48,358 nucleotides of DNA from a virus (lineage: Duplodnaviria; Caudoviricetes). Below the pieces are notes generated by a model. The model worked only from the letters and a program-made list of their open reading frames with translations, made no database searches and was not told the DNA's origin. A program made the translations under genes and the position numbers. Shown one piece after another: positions 19,258 through 28,775 of the stretch. The DNA is taken from positions 1 through 48,358 of IMG/VR virus record IMGVR_UViG_3300030708_002507. The stretch is one strand, 5' to 3'. Every line of letters begins with the position of its first letter. Position 1 is the first letter of the stretch.

Positions 19258-22200
19258 TATGCTTCCTCACCTGCGCTACCTGCGCCTATTGTATATGATT
19301 TATTAACATTCATCATACCTGATATTTCTTCAATTACTTTGTTTCCAATTACTATTTGTACTGGTCCTTGCTGAGCTGTTCCACCACTAACACTTGATAT
19401 AGCTGTTATTAATTGATCTAACTTAGCTAACATTTCATCCATCTTTGTAGCATTTGTTGCATCATGTACTGCTTGGCCTTCTTCTGATTCTTCATCATCG
19501 CTAAATAAACCTGATAGGCCGCCACCAATTGCTCCTAATCCACCCATTAACATTCCAAATGGACTACTTGCCACCATTGCAGCCGTCATATGTATTTTCA
19601 TTAATTTTCTTGCTGCATCTTTTCCAAGATCTGTTACTTCTGATTCAACTGGTCCATCTCCTATTGATCCAGCTGCTCCACCAATTACAGCATCATTTAA
19701 TTTTGTTCCTGCTATAATAGTATCTTTATTATTAAATGAAAATGTTCCTTCTGGTGCTAATAATACACGAGATCCATACCCGCTTCCGCCTGATGGTCCT
19801 GATACAAGGTCATCTGCTTTTTTACTTCCCATAGATGCAAACAAAGCAACCATACCTGCAATAGCTGCAATTGCTAATGGAATACCAAGACCAAATGGTA
19901 TGGCAGCAAATGTAGCAAATATAGGTCCAACCGCGGCCGCTATACCTGCTCCTGCTTGAGCAATCAATCCAGCTATACCACCTGCTTGTAATGCAGATCT
20001 AATTGCTAGTATAGCATTGATAGCTAAATTAATTGCTTGTTGAGCAAGTAATATACCTTGCTGAATAACATATTGTCCGGTTTGAAGAATCAAAGTTCCT
20101 AAACCTTTCATTTTTTCTTTATTGGTTAAAGTTTCCCAAAGGAATAATGCACCCTTCTTAATGACCATTGCAGCTTGTAATGCAAGTTCTCTGGCTGAAT
20201 GTAATAGACCTGTTCCTTTTTGAGCATTGATTGCTGTTTCAGTTCCTAACTGAGTTGCTTTAGTAGCAGCTATACCTGTTTCTATACCAGCCTTTGTAAT
20301 CAATTTACCTAATCCAAGTTTTTCTAAAAGTAGTTTTCCTTTTGCTACTAAGAAATCTTTTGCTGCAATTGCTGCTGTTTTAAGAGCCATCCCCATTTTC
20401 TTTGCATCTAATGCAACTTGCTGCAATCGAGCTTTAGTAGATAAGTTCTGAGTTGCTAAATTTGATTTTTCAGCTGCACCAGTTGCAACTGTAGCCGCTT
20501 GTTCTTTCATTTTTAACATTCCAATAAACTGTCCTACCTTTTTTCTACCATTTGCCAATGCCATTGATGCTTTTTCTAATATAAGATTTTTGTTATTATA
20601 CATATACATTAATCCCATAGTACCAGCTATACCAATAAGTAATGGAGATAAAAATTCAAATACTTTTGCAATACCTTTCACTAAAGCAAATACTGGTTTT
20701 AATATAAAGAATATTGTTTTAAATGTACCAGAAATGACAGATAATACCGGTGATAATACACTTGTAAATATTTCTGTAATTGCTTTAACTATTGGCATTA
20801 ATGATTTCATTAATGTATTTTTTATCTTATCAAATTGAGCTCCCATTTCTTTTGCTGCAGCTGCGGCCTCTTGTTGTGCAACTAAATCTTCTCCTGATAA
20901 TGTTGATCCTTCCAATGCTTTTGCAGCTTCATCATATCTTCTTTTTTGATCTGCAGTTAAATTATTTAATTGTTCTTGTTTCTGTAATGCATTTTGTAAT
21001 TGACCAACTTCCATACCAGCTGCTTGAGCAATTTTCTTTCTTTGCAGAACATCCATATTATTGAAGTCATGTATTGAACCAACCTGATCTAATACTGCTT
21101 TTGTTGCTCCTTCTATATCACCTTGCAATGCTAATTGTCTTGCAAGATCCATATTTATTTGCTTACCTAACATTACTGAAGCTTCAAATTCTGCTTCAAT
21201 AGATGATTCTATATCTAATAATCCATCGGCAATAGAAACCATATCATTTAGTTCCATTCCTAACTTAGCTGCTTCAACTGCTGCTTTTGCTAACGCTTTT
21301 GAATTACCACCTAAATATTTAGACGCTGCTTTTGAGCTCTTTGCAATATCAGCCATTACTTTACCAGGCGCAACTCCTGCTGCTTCTGCTAGGTTAGCTG
21401 TTAATGCTTGAGTATTAAATGCTTCTTCTGATGTTTGACCCATTGCTTCAAATTGACGCTGAACAGCTGCAGCATCATTTACCGCAATACCAAATGCGGT
21501 TGACATGTTAGCAATATTTAATGCAGTTTCTCCAGAGAAGTTTGCTGTACTTGCAAACTCTTCTTTTAATGCGATTTGAGCTGCTAATATATCTTCTGTA
21601 TTAGATAAATTATTTGCACTTGAAGCTTGAAGGGCTTTTGCTTCTTGATTCATTTTTTCTGCCTGGGCAACTGTTTGTCCGGTGTTTTTAGATATTTCTA
21701 ATGCTTCATTTGACAATTGTCTAAATAACATTATTGCACCAATTATAGCAGTTGCAGCAATTAATGGTCCTAATGCAGCTTTCAATGATACACCAAATAT
21801 TTTTGTTCCTGCAGTTAATTCTTTAAATTTAGCTATACCACCATCTAATCCATCTACCATACCAGCTTGTATAGATTTAGTAGCTATTTCACTTAATTGT
21901 GTGCCCATTTTATCTAATCCAAGCATTTTTGATAAACCTGTTCCTATACCTGGTATACTTTCTATTGCTGCTTTTGCATTTTCAAATGGTCCTACTATTG
22001 CGGCCGCACCTGCTTCGCTAGATGCTATTTGATAATCAATTAAATCAGCTTGTTGTTGTAATAATACCACAGCTCTTTCTGCAGCTGCGATATTATCTTG
22101 AGCTTGTTTAACTCCTTCAGCTGTTAAACTATTTTGATTTTTTTGTAAAAATACTTTTGCTTCTGCTAATCTTTCTTCAGCAGCGGCTGTAGATATAGTT

Positions 22201-22775
22201 TGTAATAAGGCATTACCTCTTGCTGCTTCGTTTTGTGCAATAAGTTCTGTCTCTCTAGCTATATCAGAATATACACCTTGAATTGCACCCGCTGTTGATA
22301 TTTGAGTTTCAAGAGCTGCTAAATATCCTTCTCCTATATCTCCTAATGTACCAGCTTCTCTTGCTTCTTGTAATTTTAACTTATTAATTTTTAATTGAGC
22401 TGAAGCAGCCATTTCAGAATTTAATAATGTAGCTTTTCCAAAATTTTGAAATGATTTTGCTTGCTGAGCTGCAATTTTATTATTCTTACCTAATTCTTTT
22501 GTTGATTTTGTTAATCCTAAAAATAAACCAGCTGACTCATCTGCTGCATCTGTAATTTCATTTGCAGCTGTTGCAATTTTGTTTAAATTACGTTCTGTTA
22601 TGCTTAGAAGTTTGTTTTGTTGTTGAGCTAACGTATTTTTTTGTTGGGTTAATCTAACAATTTCTTTTTGATTTGGCATAGAGCTGGCCAAGGCTTGGCC
22701 TATTTTAATAACAAGCTGTTCTTCTTGTTTTCGAAGAACATTAAGTTCTTTTTGTTGCTCTGGAGTCAATGCCAT
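19257..22775 (-). CDS. Tail tape measure protein
   Basis: 1172 aa, Ala/Gln/Lys-rich helical composition with hydrophobic Gly/Ala segments; downstream of tube and chaperone genes. Confidence 0.88.
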   Translation of the reverse strand: MALTPEQQKELNVLRKQEEQLVIKIGQALASSMPNQKEIVRLTQQKNTLAQQQNKLLSITERNLNKIATAANEITDAADESAGLFLGLTKSTKELGKNNKIAAQQAKSFQNFGKATLLNSEMAASAQLKINKLKLQEAREAGTLGDIGEGYLAALETQISTAGAIQGVYSDIARETELIAQNEAARGNALLQTISTAAAEERLAEAKVFLQKNQNSLTAEGVKQAQDNIAAAERAVVLLQQQADLIDYQIASSEAGAAAIVGPFENAKAAIESIPGIGTGLSKMLGLDKMGTQLSEIATKSIQAGMVDGLDGGIAKFKELTAGTKIFGVSLKAALGPLIAATAIIGAIMLFRQLSNEALEISKNTGQTVAQAEKMNQEAKALQASSANNLSNTEDILAAQIALKEEFASTANFSGETALNIANMSTAFGIAVNDAAAVQRQFEAMGQTSEEAFNTQALTANLAEAAGVAPGKVMADIAKSSKAASKYLGGNSKALAKAAVEAAKLGMELNDMVSIADGLLDIESSIEAEFEASVMLGKQINMDLARQLALQGDIEGATKAVLDQVGSIHDFNNMDVLQRKKIAQAAGMEVGQLQNALQKQEQLNNLTADQKRRYDEAAKALEGSTLSGEDLVAQQEAAAAAKEMGAQFDKIKNTLMKSLMPIVKAITEIFTSVLSPVLSVISGTFKTIFFILKPVFALVKGIAKVFEFLSPLLIGIAGTMGLMYMYNNKNLILEKASMALANGRKKVGQFIGMLKMKEQAATVATGAAEKSNLATQNLSTKARLQQVALDAKKMGMALKTAAIAAKDFLVAKGKLLLEKLGLGKLITKAGIETGIAATKATQLGTETAINAQKGTGLLHSARELALQAAMVIKKGALFLWETLTNKEKMKGLGTLILQTGQYVIQQGILLAQQAINLAINAILAIRSALQAGGIAGLIAQAGAGIAAAVGPIFATFAAIPFGLGIPLAIAAIAGMVALFASMGSKKADDLVSGPSGGSGYGSRVLLAPEGTFSFNNKDTIIAGTKLNDAVIGGAAGSIGDGPVESEVTDLGKDAARKLMKIHMTAAMVASSPFGMLMGGLGAIGGGLSGLFSDDEESEEGQAVHDATNATKMDEMLAKLDQLITAISSVSGGTAQQGPVQIVIGNKVIEEISGMMNVNKSYTIGAGSAGEEA

Positions 22776-22789
22776 ATCTTTTTACCAAT

Positions 22790-23104
22790 TTATTTTAATA
22801 GATGACCTAAACCTAACCCTTTATACAGATCTTCTCGATCTTTTCTAAATCGTTTCATGCCTGATGTGTTATAATCTTTATGAGTTTTTGATGTTAATTC
22901 TGCTCCTAATTCTAATTCTCTTTCAAAATCAGTAATGGCCTTGTCAACTCTTTTTATAGCATCGCGCATGTTAGGATCTTTTTCAAGCTTACGTAGAGTA
23001 CGTTTTAATCTGCCTGAAACAAGTTTTTTAAGTATAGGTGAAAACAGACCTTCATCTAAATGATTGATCAGATCTTTTTGTGATTTTTCTAATTTATTTG
23101 CCAT
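22790..23104 (-). CDS. Hypothetical late protein
   Basis: 104-aa ORF with a class B motif at 23127-23135. Confidence 0.7.
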   Translation of the reverse strand: MANKLEKSQKDLINHLDEGLFSPILKKLVSGRLKRTLRKLEKDPNMRDAIKRVDKAITDFERELELGAELTSKTHKDYNTSGMKRFRKDREDLYKGLGLGHLLK

Positions 23105-23126
23105 AGTTCTCGTCCATTTATTTTAA

Positions 23127-23135
23127 TATAAATAT
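23127..23135 (-). promoter_or_regulatory. Class B motif upstream of the tape-measure operon
   Basis: ATATTTATA. Confidence 0.6.
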
Positions 23136-23164
23136 GGAACTATGTGATTTATGAGAATATAATT

Positions 23165-23387
23165 CTACCTTCTTCTTCGCGCTGCAGCCTTAGCTTTTTT
23201 ATTAGCTTCTTCTTGAGCTTTGTTTTGATCGTTAAGAATTTTTTCAATCTTTTTAATATAGAAAGTACGTAGCCATACAGGCATATTATAAACATCAGAC
23301 CAGCCGAAGCCACCTTTACCCCAGTATACGAGGTCAAATATTTGTCCATGTAATAGGGGCCGGTAATTAGGCCCCAGGCCAAAAAAA
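23165..23387 (-). CDS. Tail assembly chaperone C-terminal extension, probably expressed by programmed frameshift
   Basis: Frame FFGLGPNYRPLLHGQIFDLVYWGKGGFGWSDVYNMPVWLRTFYIKKI overlaps the chaperone end at a T7 run and has no good start of its own. Confidence 0.7.
23355..23387 (-). other. Programmed ribosomal frameshift signal (U7 slippery run plus GC hairpin)
   Basis: Minus strand reads AAC TTT TTT TGG CCT GGG GCC TAA TTACC GGCCCC; GGGGCC/GGCCCC forms a stem. Confidence 0.65.
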
Positions 23388-24263
23388 GTTGGTGTCAATG
23401 GGAAGATCCATTTGGAAATCCTCTCCTGTAGATTCGCATTCAAATGTCAGATTTAATTGTACATCTGGTTGAATGTCTCTCATATATCCTCTTAATGCCC
23501 TAGAATCTAAAGCTAGTAATTGATATTGAACAAATTTTCTAATTGCCATTTTATCTGTATCACCATCTATTGATAATATAGAATATGTTAATCTTGTTGA
23601 TAATGTTGGATCAACACCTCTATTTATTTTCTTTGCTGCTTTTATTTCCGCTTGGATATTTGGTTCATCTCCATGGCATAAAAATCTAAATTCTACAACT
23701 CTTTTAGAATGAGGTAATGTATAAGAAAATTTGTTCTGGCCTTTTGTATATAAATTATAATCTACTTCCTTTTCTTCAAGAACAGCAAGATCAATAATTT
23801 CTTTTTGTTTTTCACCTGAATGAGGGGAAACAACTTCACATTCATAATCTTTACCATATCCTAATACTCTTGCTGCAATCATAATTGCATTTTTATCTCC
23901 AACAAGTAGTTCATTATATTTTACTTTTTTACCTTCACCATTTGAAACAATTAATGATTGAAATAATTTATCCAATACTATACCTTGTTTAATATATGAT
24001 TGAGTAGTTAGAATATCTTCTTCTTTTGCGGTCATGTATTTCATTTCTACCTTACCAGATGATAATGCGCTATCTTCTGGATATAATAAACCTCTAGAAG
24101 GTAAATCAATTACCTCAGTAGGGAAATCATGTTTTTTTGCAACTTCACCTTGATATGCATCAATAGCTCTTGCTTTTAATTCTTCTGCAGAAATATTGTT
24201 AGCTTCTGCCATTTTTTGTGTAGTTGCTTTACCTGGATATTCTTCATTTACATTTTTTGCCAT
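23367..24263 (-). CDS. Tail assembly chaperone / T4 gp26-like baseplate hub assembly protein
   Basis: FPTEVIDLPSRG..YP, MTAKEEDIL, ARVLGYGKDY and terminal NFFWP; directly after the tube gene. Confidence 0.7.
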   Translation of the reverse strand: MAKNVNEEYPGKATTQKMAEANNISAEELKARAIDAYQGEVAKKHDFPTEVIDLPSRGLLYPEDSALSSGKVEMKYMTAKEEDILTTQSYIKQGIVLDKLFQSLIVSNGEGKKVKYNELLVGDKNAIMIAARVLGYGKDYECEVVSPHSGEKQKEIIDLAVLEEKEVDYNLYTKGQNKFSYTLPHSKRVVEFRFLCHGDEPNIQAEIKAAKKINRGVDPTLSTRLTYSILSIDGDTDKMAIRKFVQYQLLALDSRALRGYMRDIQPDVQLNLTFECESTGEDFQMDLPIDTNFFWPGA

Positions 24264-24296
24264 AACTTAATCTTCCTTTTGTTTAGTAACATTTAA

Positions 24297-24305
24297 TATA
24301 AATAT
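24297..24305 (-). promoter_or_regulatory. Class B motif
   Basis: ATATTTATA just downstream of the tube terminator. Confidence 0.6.
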
Positions 24306-24315
24306 GCAATTGCCC

Positions 24316-24346
24316 AAAAAAAATCCCACCATAAGGTAGGATTTTT
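24316..24346 (-). terminator. Intrinsic terminator after the tail tube gene
   Basis: AAAAATCCTACC-TTAT-GGTGGGATTTTTTTT hairpin with U tract. Confidence 0.8.
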
Positions 24347-24369
24347 AATGATCTTATATAATCTTTGAT

Positions 24370-24858
24370 CTAGAATTGAAGGATTGCATAATCATATTTG
24401 ATTGTCAATTCAATGTTGATTGCATCCTCTGTAGCCCAATCCATATCACCAAAGGTTGCAGCAGAGATAAAGGCGCCCTTAATTGTCCATTCTTCAACCT
24501 TATCACCAACAGGTCCTAATGTATTAAATACAATATCTTTCTTATAGAAATCAGAATATCCATCTCTACCTGTTACTGATTCATGATGTAATCTAACCCA
24601 TTCCATTACCGCTTGCGCTCCAGATGGAACTACTGGATCATATAATGTTACCGTAATATCTTGCCATCTAGATTTTCCTTTTAATTTTCTTTCAACATTA
24701 ATGTGATCTAAAATTAATTCACCTTGATCAATTGATGGTCTAGATGCAGCTTTAACTATGTAAGCTGGAATACCTTCGATATACATTATAAACCTATTGG
24801 CTACTTTAGGCTCATACGCGGTATACATTATTTCATTTGGACTTAGTAAATCTGCCAT
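24370..24858 (-). CDS. Tail tube protein (T4 gp19-like)
   Basis: EPK..NRF, KGKSRWQDITVTLYDP, EWTIKGAF and LTIKYDYA; follows the sheath gene. Confidence 0.92.
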   Translation of the reverse strand: MADLLSPNEIMYTAYEPKVANRFIMYIEGIPAYIVKAASRPSIDQGELILDHINVERKLKGKSRWQDITVTLYDPVVPSGAQAVMEWVRLHHESVTGRDGYSDFYKKDIVFNTLGPVGDKVEEWTIKGAFISAATFGDMDWATEDAINIELTIKYDYAILQF

Positions 24859-24881
24859 TTTTTTATCTCCTATTTATTTAA

Positions 24882-24890
24882 TATAAATAT
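24882..24890 (-). promoter_or_regulatory. Class B motif
   Basis: ATATTTATA followed by AGGAG. Confidence 0.6.
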
Positions 24891-24915
24891 ACTCAACTCT
24901 ACTTTTTCTTATCTA

Positions 24916-26697
24916 TTATTCTGGAAATGCTGCACCAGTCGGAAGAATGTTAAAGTCAATAATTATAAATTCTGCTGTTCTAGTTGGTTGCAAGAACAAT
25001 TGTCCTACCATTTGATTTCTATCAATTACATCTGGAGTATTATTTGATTCATCCATTACAACTTTAAAAGCATGTAAACCTTGTCTTTGTTGTACTGATT
25101 CTAAATATGGATTCACAATACTTAAGAATCTATTTCTAGTTTCTGCTGTATTTTGCTCAAATACTAAGAATCTTGTCGATGAAGCAATAAACTTCTTAGC
25201 TGCAATCAATAATCTTCTAACATTTACTCTATCTAATGCAGATGCTTTTTTCTGTAATGTTTTCTGACCGAATGCTACTACTCCACTATTTGGGAAAGTT
25301 GCTAATGGATTAACATTATCATCATATAAAGTATCTCTATTACCATGAGTTAATTTTCTTTCTGGTTGGATTGCAATATCAATACCACCTCTATTTAGAC
25401 CTGCAGGAGCAAACCATTCAGCTGCTACTTTATCATTGAATGCATATACACCACCCATTACTACAGATGCTGGAACGAATACATTTTTAGATGAATAATT
25501 ATCTGGTATTTGTACCCATGGCCAATATACTGCAGCATAATTTGTATCTCTTGCAGATGCTTCTGTAGTTGCATCTGTAATCGATGATGCAAATGCTACA
25601 GGATCAATAATTGCAAATGCATCACCTCTATCTTCACACATTTGAATTGCTGATGCAGCTACATTTGAATGACCTGCTAATGCTGATATTACACCTGGTA
25701 ATAATAATAGGTTGATATCATATTCATCTGAATTTGCTAATAAATTGATTGCATCTGTATAAGCTGTTTTACCATTTGCATCTACATTTAAATTATATCC
25801 TTGCGTATTAGTTGATGTAATTTCATCATAAAACTTTTGTGGATGTTGTACATTACCATCTGATCCTCCTGAGAATGTTCCTGAAACTGCTGCTGGTAAT
25901 GAAGCTGATAATGCCGCATCTCTTATATTTCCATTTTCATCTAAATAGTTTAATGTTTTTCTTAATACTTCAACTCTTACATATTTTGATTTGTTAACAT
26001 ATGATCCTGAAGATTGGATATATGGTGATGTAGTACCTGATCCTCTTAAATTAAGTTTTGAATCACCAATTCTTTTTGCTATATAATTAGTTGAATTTGG
26101 ATCTAATGATAAGTTGTTATGCGTTTCAAGAATATTTTTTCTTTTTGAAGTATCATTACCTGATCTAATAAATAATGAAAATGTTCCTCTTGAAGTATTT
26201 ACGTTTGCAACTTCCCATCTTAAATTATCTTTTGAACCAGATAATAATATATTATTAGTTCCTTCATCAGCTGCAATACCAGATCCATTAGTAGAAGCTG
26301 CTGCTTGACCACTATTTAAAATAGCACCATCTGATAATGTATGTAATTTAAATGATTGTGCATCAACACCGGATGCAGTTACGTTTGAATTTGCTCCACC
26401 AAAAGCTCCAGCTAAAATTCTTACAACTGTTAATGAATCATGATGTTTTAAATATTCTTCTGCTGCTAATGATGTTAAATAAGTAAAATTACCTAATTGA
26501 GCTCCTGATCCACTTTCAAATGAATCGCCGAATAATGCTCTATATTCTGCCATGGATGTTACCACGGTCGGCACTAATCCTGGTCCTTTTACCGTAGGTC
26601 CTATAATAGCAGCTCCAATATTTTGGATTCCTGCTGGTAAAAAGGTTAAATCTCTTTCTCTGGTAAATACACCAGGCGATACAATTTTTTCAGCCAT
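24916..26697 (-). CDS. Contractile tail sheath protein (T4 gp18-like)
   Basis: SPGVFTRERD, WFAPAGLNRG, GQKTL, DRVNVRRL and NNTPDVIDRN. Confidence 0.95.
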   Translation of the reverse strand: MAEKIVSPGVFTRERDLTFLPAGIQNIGAAIIGPTVKGPGLVPTVVTSMAEYRALFGDSFESGSGAQLGNFTYLTSLAAEEYLKHHDSLTVVRILAGAFGGANSNVTASGVDAQSFKLHTLSDGAILNSGQAAASTNGSGIAADEGTNNILLSGSKDNLRWEVANVNTSRGTFSLFIRSGNDTSKRKNILETHNNLSLDPNSTNYIAKRIGDSKLNLRGSGTTSPYIQSSGSYVNKSKYVRVEVLRKTLNYLDENGNIRDAALSASLPAAVSGTFSGGSDGNVQHPQKFYDEITSTNTQGYNLNVDANGKTAYTDAINLLANSDEYDINLLLLPGVISALAGHSNVAASAIQMCEDRGDAFAIIDPVAFASSITDATTEASARDTNYAAVYWPWVQIPDNYSSKNVFVPASVVMGGVYAFNDKVAAEWFAPAGLNRGGIDIAIQPERKLTHGNRDTLYDDNVNPLATFPNSGVVAFGQKTLQKKASALDRVNVRRLLIAAKKFIASSTRFLVFEQNTAETRNRFLSIVNPYLESVQQRQGLHAFKVVMDESNNTPDVIDRNQMVGQLFLQPTRTAEFIIIDFNILPTGAAFPE

Positions 26698-26724
26698 TTA
26701 ATTTCTCCTGTTTATTTTCTTTTT

Positions 26725-26733
26725 AATAAATAT
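26725..26733 (-). promoter_or_regulatory. Class B motif variant ATATTTATT
   Basis: Upstream of the sheath gene. Confidence 0.55.
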
Positions 26734-26753
26734 GCTTAAATGACCTCAAACCT

Positions 26754-27029
26754 TTAGTTTGCTGGTGAAAAAGTCCCAGATTCTAAATCTAGAGTTCCTC
26801 GGCCATATTTGTCATTAAACGTTTTAACTAATTCAAGTTCTTTTTGCTGAATGTCTAAATATTCTTTATTATATTGAGCTTCAAGTGCTTCTAAATTTTT
26901 TCCTTTCTGCTCATGCAATATTTGTTCTAATTTTAGTTCACCAAATCCTGCGACTAATTTAGACATTCTATCTCGTAAACCTTGAACTAATTCTAGTTCT
27001 TCTTTTGTAAACTGTTTTGTATTTGACAT
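26754..27029 (-). CDS. Small coiled-coil hypothetical protein
   Basis: 91 aa ending KYGRGTLDLESGTF; TAAGGAG RBS and class B motif. Confidence 0.75.
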   Translation of the reverse strand: MSNTKQFTKEELELVQGLRDRMSKLVAGFGELKLEQILHEQKGKNLEALEAQYNKEYLDIQQKELELVKTFNDKYGRGTLDLESGTFSPAN

Positions 27030-27052
27030 AACTTATTCTCCTTATTACCTTA

Positions 27053-27061
27053 TATAAATAT
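27053..27061 (-). promoter_or_regulatory. Class B motif
   Basis: ATATTTATA. Confidence 0.6.
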
Positions 27062-27084
27062 ACTGATTTTAACTCAAACAACCA

Positions 27085-27342
27085 TTAAACTACAAATCCT
27101 ATACCTGTACCTGTAGCTACAGTAAATACTGGTATAACCATTGGATGAGGTGCTGTTGCTCCAATACCAAATGATGTTACTGCTGTTTGTACAGTACCTA
27201 ATCTAACATATACGGAAATGGCTCGAGCAAGGTCTCTTGCAAGTTCTCTATCAGTATTTGCTTTTGATGTAACTCCTTTAACTGACTGTCTTTTAAATGC
27301 GGCATAAATACCTTGTTGTAACAAATTATCGTTTAACGGCAT
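27085..27342 (-). CDS. Small virion protein (possible spike-tip-like)
   Basis: 85 aa, helical N-terminal half and Gly/Thr/Val beta-rich C-terminal half; AGGAG RBS. Confidence 0.5.
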   Translation of the reverse strand: MPLNDNLLQQGIYAAFKRQSVKGVTSKANTDRELARDLARAISVYVRLGTVQTAVTSFGIGATAPHPMVIPVFTVATGTGIGFVV

Positions 27343-27345
27343 AAC

Positions 27346-28230
27346 TTAACTCCTATTTTCTGCTTCTTTTGTAATTTTTGATATTAAATCTGTTTCTGTT
27401 TCTATTTGGCTATATGTTTTTCCTGTTTCAACTATTTTTGCAGGAAATTCATCTGTTTGATATTCTGATCCAAACTTTATTTGTTTAACAGCATATCTTT
27501 TTTGTAATGTAGATTTTCTTAATTCATCTTCCATTAACAATGTTGCTTTTGTTCGTAATGGTAATGTTGCTCTAACTATCCTATCTTCACCTGTATTATT
27601 CATTGTTTCAAAAGAATAATCATCTATATACGTATTAAATTTCCAAGTTGTACCCCAAGCAAATCCACCTGTTGGCATTATTGATTCAATTACTTTATTC
27701 ATATCTTCTATATAAGGTGTCCAAATTAGCAATTCATATGTAACATCAATAAACTCTGGTACTGATGTAATATAAAATTCTTGAGTAGGTTTTGCATTAT
27801 TTAATACTCCAAATCTATCATATCTATTTGCTTGAGTAAATCTATTTCGTAACGTTTGAGTATTACCTGATGGATTTCTTTCTACATCTAATTTTTTTAA
27901 TGTATCTCTTTCTGTAATACTATTTCTTTTTAATATCATTAATGGTGCCATAAGTTTACCTTTTTGATCTCTCATGTATCCATGTTTTTGAACTTGGCTC
28001 CATTTTTCTCCATTAGCATACATTATTGGTATATCAATAACATTTCCATCTTCAATAACTGTAGGTTTGATTACATCACGTATATATGATATTATAGCAT
28101 AATCCACATCATATATTGAACATGCTGGTGTTTTAATCGTATCAGTATCTCTCCTTACTTGATCTGCACGATTAATAGTTCTATCCGTAGAAAAACTACT
28201 TTGGGTTTTATTTAATCTTAATTTACTCAT
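27346..28230 (-). CDS. Tail terminator / sheath stabiliser (T4 gp15-like)
   Basis: IPIMYANGEKW, P..IDVTYELLIWTPYIEDMNKVIESI; after the neck genes and before the sheath. Confidence 0.72.
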   Translation of the reverse strand: MSKLRLNKTQSSFSTDRTINRADQVRRDTDTIKTPACSIYDVDYAIISYIRDVIKPTVIEDGNVIDIPIMYANGEKWSQVQKHGYMRDQKGKLMAPLMILKRNSITERDTLKKLDVERNPSGNTQTLRNRFTQANRYDRFGVLNNAKPTQEFYITSVPEFIDVTYELLIWTPYIEDMNKVIESIMPTGGFAWGTTWKFNTYIDDYSFETMNNTGEDRIVRATLPLRTKATLLMEDELRKSTLQKRYAVKQIKFGSEYQTDEFPAKIVETGKTYSQIETETDLISKITKEAENRS

Positions 28231-28233
28231 TTA

Positions 28234-28773
28234 TTATAAGTTTTTTGGTAATTGATATTCTTGGTTAACACCACCTGATCTTGTTTCTACTAAATTAAGT
28301 TTATTTCTTTGAGTCATATGGGCTTCAACTGTAATGGCAACGCTATATCCAAATTCACCTCTTTCACCTGTTGTAAATCCTAAATCTGTACCTGGATTAA
28401 TACCTCTAAAATATTGTGATGAACTAACTTTATCAATTTCATAAAAATCATTATCCCATTGTAATATATCTCCAATTTCCATTATTATAGTTCTATCAAC
28501 TAAATAATCTCTTGAAAATGCAAAAACACCTGTTCTAGTAGAATCAATTCCATAATCATCTGCAATTGTTGTTTTTTCATCTTTCTGCATAAGGCCTGGA
28601 ATCTTGATAGGATTGTAATATCTTTTTGAAACTGATTCTCCATAAATATTTTCACGTGTTTCATTTAATACCAACTTATAAAATTCAATTTCTGTATCTA
28701 TAAAATTGACAATAAGTTCGTTATTGATTGATCTAATTAAACTTGCATCTCTTGCTGATCCGAATAACGCCAT
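28234..28773 (-). CDS. Neck / head closure protein (T4 gp14-like)
   Basis: ENIYGES and EIGDILQWDNDFYEI; gene order. Confidence 0.7.
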   Translation of the reverse strand: MALFGSARDASLIRSINNELIVNFIDTEIEFYKLVLNETRENIYGESVSKRYYNPIKIPGLMQKDEKTTIADDYGIDSTRTGVFAFSRDYLVDRTIIMEIGDILQWDNDFYEIDKVSSSQYFRGINPGTDLGFTTGERGEFGYSVAITVEAHMTQRNKLNLVETRSGGVNQEYQLPKNL

Positions 28774-28775
28774 AA

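Noticed and set aside
23149-23382. 77-aa ORF in the -1 frame as the chaperone frameshift product
   Set aside because: Its translation looks non-protein-like, whereas the +1/-2 frame gives a typical chaperone extension (W..VYNMP.WLR.FY).
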